Source: Camelus dromedarius
Lineage: Eukaryota
Length of the DNA: 64,000 nucleotides
Reading direction: 5' to 3'
NCBI RefSeq assembly: GCF_036321535.1
Contig: NC_087437.1
Span: 91,514,001-91,578,000, forward strand
Shown one piece after another: positions 52,406 through 64,000 of this stretch. How positions within the stretch are numbered: position 1 is the first letter of the stretch; each line of letters opens with the position of its first letter. The notes under the pieces are model-generated. The model searched no databases. It had not been told where the DNA came from and saw only the letters and a program-made list of their open reading frames with translations. The position numbers and the translations under genes were made by a program.

Positions 52406-53724
52406 AGGATTTAAAACTAATAATACTTCCCTCACAATTCTGATTTGGTAATTATGAATGAATTTTCACTATGAGATAATGAATGGCTTTCCTCAGGTTC
52501 AAATGCCTTTTTCTCAGAGATCTATTTATTCTTTCCCCACAGTTTAGCTTAAATTTAGAGCCAATAAAAATAGGATGTAGTTTTTGGTATTGGCAAATAT
52601 CAATGCAGACAGGTTTTCTCCTCATATGGATAAACATGAATTAGTATCTCAACCTCTTTAAGATTCATTGAAAAAAACCAACCAACCCAAATATTTATTA
52701 TGAACAGACAGTGAAGTAAAAAAATAGTCCATAAAATTGACAATGTGTTGTTCCAAAGCTAACCCCTTTTCTGACATTTAGATCCATAACTTTTAAAAAT
52801 GATTTAATGTATTATAATTTTTGAGATTTTGATTATGTGTAAGTCATGTGTCTGGATAAGTGTCTGGATAGCAGCTGCCTCAGCACAACTAGTGTCTGTT
52901 TCCACGATGTTCCTATAGATCTTCTCAGTGCATTTTTCACATGGAATAACAATGGATTGTTTTCTCATTTAAGCCATAGCTTTGAGTGAGCTTCATGCCA
53001 TATTTTCCCTTTGATGTCTTATATCAAGTAGAGTGCTGAAAACTAGAAAGCTCTTAATTGACATTTGAAGAAAAAATAGAAAGTATGAGTTTTTAAACCT
53101 GAAAAATGATTTTTACATTAATTCAGTAGTTAACAAATTCTTTTCAAAATAACACTGCTGCTTTATCAATTAATAAGTAGTATATCTCTGCTGAAATTAA
53201 GTAATTGAGATCTGTAACATGTATAGGAAAAAAATAAGCTGCCTCATAGAATATTTTTAGTTTTTTCTTTCTTTGTGTTTGTTATAACATTGTGTTTAAG
53301 TTTATGTACACCTGAAAAATGATTGCAGTTTTCTACCAAAAAACTACTTCTTATTTATGTGGTGGAATTAATTATATATTATAAATTCAAAGTATTCTGA
53401 AAGGTGACTTGATTCTCAGAGAACACTGGCCCCACAGTATTTTCCCTACTCTAAATTAAGTCCAGAGTTTCCTACACAAGGCCATTTCCCACAATAGCTG
53501 AATCGCAACATTCTAGTACCATATTTCACCACTTGAGATTCTAATTCTTACATCTTTTTAAAAAATGATTTGCTGTCCATTGTTGTGTACCAATGTTTTT
53601 TAGATTATTTCTCCCTATCTCTGTCTCTATGTTTTGGTGCTTTTTCATAACATCAGGCTGAATCCCAAATATTGATTCTTCCCTGAACATTTCTTTACAG
53701 ATTCCTAATGGTTCTTAAGATCAA

Positions 53725-54565
53725 TGTCAAGATGCACTGCCCAGGTTCTCCTTTCAGGATCAAGGAACCCATTTTCCCAGCTGCTGAAAGTGCGCTTGCT
53801 GATAATGACCATCAAGAACTACAATGGGTCTGAGATTTTACTCCACCAAGTTAGCCCAAGATTTCATGGATACTAGTAGAAGACACAAGACTCCTGATTC
53901 AGATGCAAAGGCCACTATATTACTCAGCACAATTGTAGTAATCAATATATCAGCACCATTTCCCAAAGCATGGCATACAGAGTGAAATATATGTATACAT
54001 GTGTTGAGTTGCATCACATAAGAGGGACCCTTAACTAAGTGAATTTGAATCTTTTCTGATAAGCATGCCCTTGGCTCTAGATAGAGGTATTATCTTTATT
54101 CTACTGAACAGTAAGCATTCCTTTGCTCCAGAAGGAGATACCATCTTTATCTTCCAAGGGTGTTCACCATAGAAACATCCTTTAGAAGATAGTCAGGAAC
54201 AAACTGGAATTAGTGTGTTATTCACAAAGGTAAGCAGAAACATCAAAGACCAATAGAGTGTTGAATTGCACATGGAGGGAAATAGCTGCCTGACCAAACC
54301 TTACACTCTTCTCCAGGGGCAGCGTGCATCCAGTGTGGTGATGTGGAAATTCAAAGACACAGCTCTCCCTCACTCCAGTTGGAGGAACTCTGCGGTGATT
54401 CCAAGAGGATTTTCTGAACCCTCAGTTGCTATTATAGCAAGTTAAACCTTTTCCCTGCCTAATCCTGATTCCATTAACCCCTAAAACATTTTTTTCCCCC
54501 AGAGAACACTCCTCCCATTAACTTCCTGCATATAAATCTCCATTTCAAAATATTTTTTCCTAAGA
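53725..54565 (+). mobile_element. LTR16-like ERVL LTR split by a nested LTR (parts 53725-53815 and 54273-54565)
   Basis: 5' part 'ccattttcccagctgctgaaagtg'. 3' part 'aggggcagcgtgcatcca', 'ccctgcctaatcctg', 'ccagagaacactcc...aacttcctgcatataaatctccatttca'. Confidence 0.65.
53820..54272 (-). mobile_element. ERVL LTR, MER74/MER54-like, nested
   Basis: 'gggtctgagattttac...aagttagcc...tttcatggatactagtagaagacacaagactcctg', 'cctttgctccagaaggagatacc', 'tatcttccaagg'. Family from recall. Confidence 0.65.
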
Positions 54566-54704
54566 TAGTTTCTCACTTTGTGGTCCATGAACTATCCCCA
54601 CTGTACTCATGCAAAGGTATGGAGCCATGGCTCCTAGAATCACAGCTAGAAGAGTGGGTTCAACTTCCCCAGAACTGATGTGTGAACAGAATTATTTCAG
54701 AAAA

Positions 54705-56161
54705 ATTTTTTTTGTTTAAGAATAGTTTTAAGCGTGGAAGGTACAGAGATTTTCCGTATACCTTGTGCCCACATGTGCATATTCTTCCTTAACTATTGAT
54801 ATCCCTACCAGAGTGATATTTTTTACAATTAATGAACCTATATTGACACATTATTGTCACCCAAAGTCCATAGATTAAATTAGGTTTTGCTCTTAGTGTT
54901 GTACATTCTGTGGGTTTGGGCAAATTTATAATGGCATGTATCCTTTATTATTGTATCATACAGAGTATTCACTGCCTTAAAAATCCTTTGTACTCTGTCA
55001 ATTCATCCTTTCCTTTTCTACCTCTTGGCAACCACTGATATTTTTAGTGTCTCTATAATTTTGCCTTTTACAGAGTACTGTATAGTTGGAATCACACAGT
55101 ATGTAGCCTTTTCAGATTGGCTTCTTTCATTTAGTAACATGCATTATGAGTCCTCTATGCCTTTTTATAGCTTGAACTCATTTCCTGAATAATATTCCAT
55201 TATCTGGGTGTACTACAATTTCTTTATCCATTCACATACTGAAGAACATCATGGTTGCTTCCAAGTTTTGATATAGGAAAAAATTTGTTATAAACATCCA
55301 TGTGCAGATTTTTGTGTGGACATGTTCTCAGCCCTCCTGGGTAAATACCAAGAAGCATGATTGCTGGATCTTATGGAAAGAGTATATTTGGTTTTGTAAG
55401 AAACCACCAACCAACCTGACTTCCAAAGTGTCTGTACCATTTTACACTCCCACCAGTAGTGAAAAAGAGTTTCCATTGTTCCATGTCCTCTCCAACATTT
55501 GTTGTTGTCACTGTTCTGGATTTTGATCATTCTAATAGGTGTGTAGTGGTATCTCACTGTTGTTTTAATCTATTTAACTTAATGATGCATGATGTGGAAT
55601 ATCTTTTTATAGGCTTATTTGCCGTCTGTATATCTTACTAGCTGAGGCATCAAGTTCTTAGGCTCATTTTTAATCAAGTTGTTTGTTTTCCTATTGTTGT
55701 GTTAGGATGAAGTTGAATAGGAGTGGTGAAAGGGGACATTCTTGCTGTGTCCTAATCTTAGTGGGAAATTTTAGAGTGTCTTACCATAAAGAATGATATT
55801 AACTATTAGTTTTTGTAAATATTCTTAACAAGTTGAGAAGTTTTCACACTATTCCTTGCTTACTGAGTCTTTATTACAAACGGTTGTTGGATTTTGTCAA
55901 ATGCTTTTTTAGATTCTGTTATATGATTATGTGATTATTCATCTTTACCCTGTTGATTTGGTGGGTTCCATTAATTAATTTTTGAATGTTGAACCAATCT
56001 TGCTTACCTGGGATAAAAATCCCATTTTGTCATATTCTTGCTTGCCTACTTTCTGAGGGCAAGTCATGTAATTCTTATCCTTGTTTTTCTGTAGGTGTTC
56101 CTCCCTTTTCCCTGGGTCCTTTTAGATTTTTTTTCCTATAGTTTGAAAATAGTACACCTAG

Positions 56162-56203
<42 letters not shown>

Positions 56204-56460
56204 ATTTATACTGCTTGGTGCCTTCTGAGTTTTCTGGATCTGTGATTTCATGGCTGACATTAATTTGGGAAATTTTTAAGTCATTGTTATTTCAAATTTT
56301 TTGGTTTCTTTTCTTTCTGGTATTTCCATTATGTGTGTGTTATATGTTTTGTAGTTATACTACAGTTCTTGGATATTCTTTTCTTTTATTCCCCCCGTCC
56401 TTGTGGTCTTTGTTTTTTCAGTGTTGGGGGTTTCTATTGCTATACCCTCAAGTTCAGAAG
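54705..56460 (-). mobile_element. L1MC1/2-like LINE-1 with internal deletions (3'UTR, ORF2 C-terminus, RT piece, ORF1 piece)
   Basis: 3'UTR 'tgaacctatattgacacattattgtcacccaaagtccatag'. ORF 55288..55557 MRYHYTPIRM...NNKCWRG...HYWWECKMVQTLWK is the ORF2p Cys-rich C-terminus. ORF 56075..56260 QIQKTQKAPSSIN resembles ORF1p QIQEAQRTPxRIN. Confidence 0.9.
56168..56201. repeat. Poly(T) homopolymer, 34 nt
   Basis: Uninterrupted T run seen directly. Confidence 0.95.
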
Positions 56461-59400
56461 TTAAAATGAAGCTTTTAAAAAATCTCCTTTCAAGCCTGTA
56501 ATAAAGTGGTAGATTATTTGAGATATTCCACCACCACTACTTTTCCTCCCCTATGAAATATTTTTCCTTCTTAAGAAGATATTCTTGTGACTATGGATCA
56601 TAAATCATGAAATTCTATAAAATAAATTCATTTTAATTTTTAGGAAAAGAAGTATAAAAGATATATTATTCTGAAGAAAAATATTTGATTTTCAAAAATA
56701 GTTATTGTTTTATAAACTCTAAAGCATTTTTATAGGAAAATCACACCTAATTATAATTATGTGATATCTCTAATGCATAGTTGATTAACTTTTGTTTATT
56801 TTACCTTATATACTTAAATAATTCATTTCATAAGATGTTATTTTAAAGTAACTTTTCAATTAAGATCTAAAGAGGTATATATGTGTGTATATACATATTT
56901 AATAATTAATTGCTTAAAAAGATTTAACCCAAGCTTGTATATTTGTAAACTGCTTCTGAAATTTTATTAAACATACAAAGATAAAACAGAAGATTTATTG
57001 TTTTAACTTGATTTTGACTGATAGAAGATATAAGATGTGCATATGAAAAGTGAAGGTTTTTATCTCAGTAAAGGAGCTACAAGGAAAAAATAATGAGATA
57101 AAGTGCAGAACTTTTCCACTCTCCACAAATTTATAGCATGTCATGTTTATCAAGTAAGAGAATATTGGAACCACCATATTTCAATGAAATCACATCTTAT
57201 ATTTCATCATCAGAGGAAAATCTAGGGAGTAGGAAGTTGCTAGTAAAACTGTTTATATTTAATGACTTTACAGATAGTACTGGACACATTTCTAACTTAA
57301 AAAATGTTTTGGCTGATATTGCCAAATATCACTGTCTCCATGGCAATAGTCACTTTAAAAAATGATTTAAAATAAGAAAGGCAAAGGAGAAAGCAAGCCT
57401 CCAACATGCAAAATATAAATTGCATAAAATTTTTTGCTGAATTATTGAGGAAAAAAGAATTTGCAGATAAAAACAGTTTTTTAAAATTAGACCTAACAGA
57501 ATCTTGAGCATTTTAAATTCAGTTTAATCAAATATGTGACAATTTTAACACTTGGTGTGCAGACGCATGTTGTTTAAGTGTTTGTAAAATTATCTTCAAG
57601 TGTGGGAGGAGCTTTATTCATGCAGTAATTTTTAGATGAAATTCTTCATATTGCTAATCTAAAACTACAGAGTAGAAGGCATATTTCTTTTACTTAAAAA
57701 AGTATTTTGTCTTTTGGAGACTTGCAAATGTTGGACAGAAGAGATGTCACAAGTGGAAAAGAAAATAATTTTCTTGAAATGTAGGATTTATTACTTCCAT
57801 TCTATTGGAAAAAAATGGAGAAAGACTTGCTCAGCTAGTTAGCCAGGAGTTGCAACTTTCAGCAATTACATTCAAATGAGGTGGTCAGTGCTCACTCTTG
57901 TGGTTTGTGATCTCTTGTCCACAGAATGAAGTTTTAGGCTTGAGATGATGAGGATGGAAGATTCTACAACAAACTTCCTCCAGTTAAGTGTCAGGTGAAA
58001 CCCTTAAACTTGTTTTCCCATATTTTATTGAATCTCTAGGAACCTTGAGCATTTGTACATTGCACAATATGAATGAATAAAAGGAAATCCAATCCAACAA
58101 CAGCAGTACAAGATAGTAAACTGAGTTTCTTTGTGTCATTTCAGAAATCAAAAATCTGCATAAATGTATAATAATGATCAGTTAATTCCAAGAATTGTCT
58201 CTATTGGTTTCCTTTGTTTGCACATTTCATTAAACACAAATGCATGGTCTTTGAGGTCTGAGGGTATCCCTACTTTATTAATGCCCGCTAACTACTATCA
58301 GGTAAATTCCTTTCTTTTATTTCTTTGTTATTAATATTTCTACTGAAAATTAAAAGTTTTGTACTTATATATTTGTTTTATGTATCAAGATTTTATTTTT
58401 ATAGCTAGATTTTAGGATGTTTATGAGAAAATTTATAATTTCTATTTATTAGGTACTGACAAGTTCTCAGCATAACATTTGGGATATAATAGATGATTAG
58501 TAAATATCTATTGGAACATTTATTTGGGTTTCATCCTGTATCCTGCGTATTTTTCCAAAGTAGATAATCACTAAAGCTCAATAAGCTAGGGTTTACTCTT
58601 GTAGATTTTAAAATCTTGTTACTTAAAATGTGTATATAGTTAACCTAGCATTTCAATAATATGTACTATAAATAAACTTTCAGATCTTTGGTGTCATTTA
58701 AGAATATTAAACACTAAAATACATAATTTAAAATGTGCTTTTAAAAAAGGCTATGGGGCAAAATATACACATGTGATGTTAGATAAAGAATTATACTACT
58801 TCTGATGTCACATGATCAGAATCAAAATTACAATTTTAGTCACAGATTTTCTATTGAAAATGAGAGCTAAGTTAAATGACAATTTCACAAGCTTTTTATC
58901 ATTACAAATTTGCTTTAAATTAATTTATATTTTTAAATTGGCATTTGTTAAAAAATGATTTAAAAAAACAATTTAGGTGATACAAATAAACACTATTTAA
59001 CACTTCATGATGGGGGCAGTCTCCTTTGAGAAAATTTCAAAATGAGGCAGAAGTCAAGAAGCTTCTTTGGGGTGAAAAAAGAGGAAAAAAATACAGGACC
59101 CTGAACTGCCTTGGAGTTTTAGGACTGGCTCACCGAATATACTGCATTTCTGGTTAAGCAGAGCATTCAGAGGGACAGGAATGTTTTCTCAGTTTCTGTT
59201 TGTTGATGTGGCATCCAGGGAAAAGCAACTCCATCTTGTACCTAGAAATTATTTCAACATATTTGTTTAAAAGAAAGGTTCATTCTGTACCTCATTATAT
59301 ATTTTAAAAAGTATTTTTGAAAGTCTTTTCCTAAAGCAAAATGGGTACATGTAAAGTTAAGCAATACATTGCTGTGACAAATACGGAAACATTTATGAAA

Positions 59401-60049
59401 CTATATAATTATTTAATGTTAGATATAACAATAGAACAGAAATAAACCAACAATTTTTTTCAACCAAAAAAATAACATTTTATTGAAAAAGTAACATTTA
59501 TCCAAGAAACATAGAAAAAAATTTCTTTCAGAATATGAGATTGTATCTCTGCCTAATAATTGTCCTCTTCATGGTCATTAGAAAGCTTACATTAGATTTG
59601 ATTTGTTTTTATTTTTTCCAGTTTTATTCTTATTTTTAAATTTTGCTAATACATTTACATTACAATTTTACTTGTGTGCTCCCTATACAATTGAAAATAT
59701 ACTTACATATTCTTCTTTTTTCATTTTAAATGTATTTGTAAAACATTTCCTGTGGTTTTTCTTAATTATACCTGATACAAAATGTTGTAATTGAGATAAA
59801 TTAACATTCTTCTAATATAGAGTATATAATGAAGTTTAATAGGTATGTTATTTAAAATTTTTCTATATGTTTTCATTTTCCCTTCTATATGAATGAGAAA
59901 GATATTCAGGTTTGGAGTTAATTAGTTTGGATAATTAAGACACAATGGAATAAAATGTTAATTACATTTAACTAGTCTTCAAGTTTCAATTATGTTCCCT
60001 GTGTTTCATGGTTTTGGTTTTTATGCTCCATGTTGAAACAGAGATGAAT

Positions 60050-60585
60050 ATTATTTATGGTTATTCAGCATCCCTTCACACTACCTTTTATATTCCTTCC
60101 CTTCAGCAGGACAAGTATATTAAACACATCTGATAGCCCCCTATGATGCTAACAGTAATCTAAGTTAAATTTGGTTCTGAAAATAAGAAGCACTCATGTG
60201 AATTATGAAAAGTGAGAGTGGCGTTAGAGACCGCCTTTCTGTGACTGTGGAGGAGGGAATGAAAGATCTCAAGATTTAGTTGTTTGTGGCCCCAGACTCC
60301 ATATTCCAGGACCTGGTTTCCAACTTCATGGCTATCAGGCAGCTGAAGGTGAAAGAAGTGGTTGCAAAAAGTAATGATATATGCTTTCTGACCTTTGGAA
60401 TTCAGCTATAGTAGATTTATCTAGAAATTAATAGTCACATATTACTTTACAGATTTCCATTCCCAAGGATGTCCTCAGTGCCTGGGCTTGGCCCACATTC
60501 CTGGTCACACATTCTTCACTATAAACAGCTCCCACAGCAGTAGCTGATTCCTCCAGGGCCAGAAGGAAAACAAGAGAGATTGCAG
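60050..60585. mobile_element. Highly decayed LTR fragments (LTR33/MLT1-like)
   Basis: 'ttattcagcatcccttc', 'gcactcatgtgaattatgaaaagtgagag', 'cagctcccacagcagtagctgattcctccagggccag'. Weak resemblance only. Confidence 0.35.
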
Positions 60586-63500
60586 GGTGAGGATGCTTTA
60601 AATTTAATTTTCCCTAAGCTTCTTATTTTTAGGCGAAATATTTTTATTCTTATATGTTATGAGTAATTCTGTTTGATAAAGATCCTTCAAACACAGTCAG
60701 ATACAATAACGAAAACACTAATGAAATAAAATTCTACCTGTGTATTCACTGACAGTGTGGACATATACCAATATTTTAAATATTTTCTCCTAAATCCTGA
60801 AATTTATATCTTTCATATAAAAATTACTTCACAAATACTTATTAGATAAAAATCACTCAGTTATTCTCTATTTCATGTGTGCTATTTTATTTAATTCTTA
60901 CGGCTACCCTAGGATTTTAGGTCTTTTTAATTTTTTTTTCGTTTAGAACACATTAGAAAAGAGACTCAAGGTGCTGATTAAATTACATAAGAACAAAGCT
61001 CTTGGTAAGTGAAAGATCTTGGATTTAAATTCACATGCTGCTTTCTGTGGTTTATTCTTGTAATGACTCTGTGACAGTTCTCTTCTTTCTCAATAAATAT
61101 TTAAACAATTATTTTTTATCAAAAAGTCTTTTATTGAATAAATATTTGCTTAGGCCTTGTCTAACAATTCTTGCAATTTCTCTTGCTTCAACTTGCCTCA
61201 AAATCAGGAATGGTGTTTAAACATTACTTTAAATTCTACTCTACCCCACCACACACCGAATAACAACACATCTTTCCCATTATTGTTGCCACCACAATGA
61301 GGAGCAGAAATGCTGAATTCTGGACTTGTGGTTTTGTTAACAGAATCACTGATATATGAGCCTTTTCTTAGTGCTCAACACTCTATCAACCTTACTGAGC
61401 ATATCCAGTAGCTAGGCTTTGCTATTCTCTTTTGCCAGAAGAAAAACAAGTATCAATTTTTAATAATGGGCATAACAACTAAAGGGGATGAGAAAAATTC
61501 CTAACACCGGAAGCTCAAGTACTGTGCACTGACACAGCAACATGGTGTCTAAGTACAGATTATCCTATCTTTTCCCACAGTGCTGAAATGTCCTGAAAAC
61601 CTTGCCTTTCAGTTTTCTTTTCCTAACAGTTTATTCTCTTTGACACCAGAAATCCATTTCCAAATTTATGACAGGTAAACTCAATAGTAAAATTCAAAGT
61701 TGACATGGGTATTATTATTGCCCTGTGTTGAATCTGGGAGAAGATGAGCTTTCTGATACAACTTCTTATCCATACTGGAAAATAGTTCTCAATTGATGAG
61801 CAAACAGGGAGAAATGCTAGTATAAGAGAAATGTTTATAAAACCTAAGACAAAGACTTTGAAGTAGTCAAGCTATATTAATGAATGAGGAAATATTTTTG
61901 CTGTCACTAATTGAAAAATTTCCTTTTCTCTTTTCTTCTCCTCCTGAATATATTCTTTGACAGACTGATAAAGATATTTGTGTGCATACACAAATATAAA
62001 GTTTGAATATTTTTATTTATAGAACACAGAAAAATTTTTTCCAAACCATTATTACATTTATTCTAACTAGAAGAGCACATGTTCTTTGAAAGAAAAATAA
62101 ATTATTAGCTATATTTTTTAAATATGATGCTTATTATTTAAAATCTCACAGGCACATTGATTCTTGTAAAGCACAGAAGATTCTTAAAGCAGTTATAAAT
62201 AGTTTTCCTTTCCCCAAAAGCACCTATGCATGCAAACATAATTTTCACTCAATAATTGTATTTAGTAAAAGTTAGTATTTTAGAATATGTACTATGGGAG
62301 AAGGAAATAGAATATGTATTATATTTCAGAAACATTACAAATTGTTTTATAAATTGTATCTGTAAATATATATTTCAGTAAACAACAAATATTCTTTATG
62401 GGTACCAATCAATATTTATTCAAAAATAAATACCTAAGCCTCAATTTTTATTGTTGTTGCTGTTTACATTTTAGTTTCACATTAGTCCTATATGAGATAT
62501 CCTCTTACCTTAGCCAAATCTTTTTTGTTTAACTAAATGCCACAGATGTTTTTCTAGTAAGCATGTGCATATGAGAAATGAGTTGTTCACAGTGTAGTTA
62601 CTTGTAATACAAACAGCTATTTATAAATTATGTTTGATCACAGTCCTCTTTATATTGAAGGAAATATTGCAACCGTTTAGCATCGCTAGTGTTTGGTTAC
62701 AAAAGATTCCCTATATTATTCATTCTGGTAATATTCTTAAGCAAGCTGAAACTGTTGATGAAGATGGAAATTGGCTGATAAATATAATGGTCTCTTTAGA
62801 AGCATGTTCAAATCTATCTTCTTGCTATCCTAATGAATATGGAAGTCTGCCCAGTGTGATTGGACTAAAAGGTCAGAGGCTTTGTAAAGTACAAATCTTC
62901 TTGCAAGGGCAGTAGCAGCAACTAGAATATAGATTGGAAAAAAAATACAATAAAACACTGTGAATATGTATGTATGTGTGTATGTATGTGCATATGGTCT
63001 GTATATACATACATTTATATGAAAAATTCAAAATAGTTAATAAAATATTGCAATATCATGTTCAAAACTAAACATGAGCTGCCTCTATGCATTATCTTTC
63101 GCTATACATAACGTAAGAATTGTAAATTAGATGGCTGTGTTACATGTAGGAATTGTTAGGTTGTAATAAGCTCTTAGATTTTACAAAAGCTTGCATTGTC
63201 ATTATGTAAGCAATTCTTTCAAATTAAAGTACTTACAAAGTATTTATCCATTAAACACAAACAGGAGAAATGTTCTGCTCCAAATTATTTTGATGCCTTC
63301 CCTAAAAAGTACTAGTACTGGATAAACAAATCTGTTTAAAAGAAAAAAACTCACCAAATTAAAAATGAGGGATTAGTAGTTAAGCCCTTTTTCATCCAAT
63401 GGGCCATGCTAAGCTATAGAAAATTAAGAACTATATATATAAATAAAATTTCCCAAAAGAATTTGACTTATTATTTAACTGTTTCTTCACTAATATGTAA

Positions 63501-64000
63501 GGAAAACAAACAAAAAAGAAAAGAAAGGTTAAATTTGAAAACCACAAGTTTATTCTAAATTTTATGATTTAGGAAAGAAGTCATTCACTGAGAATTCAAC
63601 AAGACAAATTAGCTATGCTGTTTTATTTAGTTTTAGTTCATTGCTCTACTACATTAATTCTTTAAGAAGCTTGCATCTTAATTTCCTTGATGCTATTTAC
63701 ATTAAGAAAATGAGTAGGTGTTTAATGAAAAGAAGACAAATCAGTGTTAAATAGTAATTATCTAATTACTAGAGTAAGAGCACTTGATAGTTGCTTTCTG
63801 TGTATAGTGTTGAATGGAAATAACAGTTTAAATGACAAACAAAACTGGATCTTTAACATTAGAATAATACAAAAGGAACTTCTGTAAAATAATAGTCTAA
63901 TATTTTATAATTAAGTATGGAATAGATAGCATATCCAGAAAATAATCTTGATCCATGATATCCAGTCACTATATATTACTTTTAATTTTATTTAAAAGTA

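Noticed and set aside
52849..52871. Short direct repeat gtgtctggata x2 (similar 12-13 bp doublets near 36048-36071 and 40482-40509)
   Set aside because: Two-copy slippage duplications with no spacers or array structure, so not CRISPR-like.
55288..55557. ORF with a Cys/His/Trp motif
   Set aside because: It is a decayed L1 ORF2p C-terminus and is reported as a mobile element, not a CDS.
62634..62915. 93-aa ORF with protein-like composition
   Set aside because: It has a non-ATG start, no recognisable homology and no convincing flanking splice pair. ORFs of this length are expected by chance in 64 kb.

Overview
AT-rich, CpG-depleted eutherian genomic DNA that looks intergenic or deep-intronic. 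I can support no protein-coding gene, tRNA/rRNA gene, CRISPR array or prokaryotic element. The ORF-track entries are chance ORFs, low-complexity reads or LINE-1 remnants. Much of the window is decayed interspersed repeat: L1, L2, MIR, MLT1/MLT2 and ERVL-type LTRs, and MER5/MER63 hAT MITEs. All family names come from my memory of consensus sequences, not from a search, and repeat boundaries are approximate. The youngest L1 3' ends, and the apparent absence of Alu, Bov-tA, PRE1 and Can-SINE, suggest a camelid. The most interesting observations are: (i) a tail-less, 5'-inverted L1 ORF2 fragment next to two palindromes (about 9.0-9.3 kb); (ii) a ~1.1 kb CpG-retaining block (about 49.95-51.0 kb) holding a near full-length ancient tRNA-derived SINE (MamSINE1-like), an inverted-repeat hairpin and a candidate small exon; (iii) several short enhancer-like GC/CpG islets and a candidate microexon; (iv) nested LTR insertions. 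I found no convincing evidence of a novel multi-gene system.
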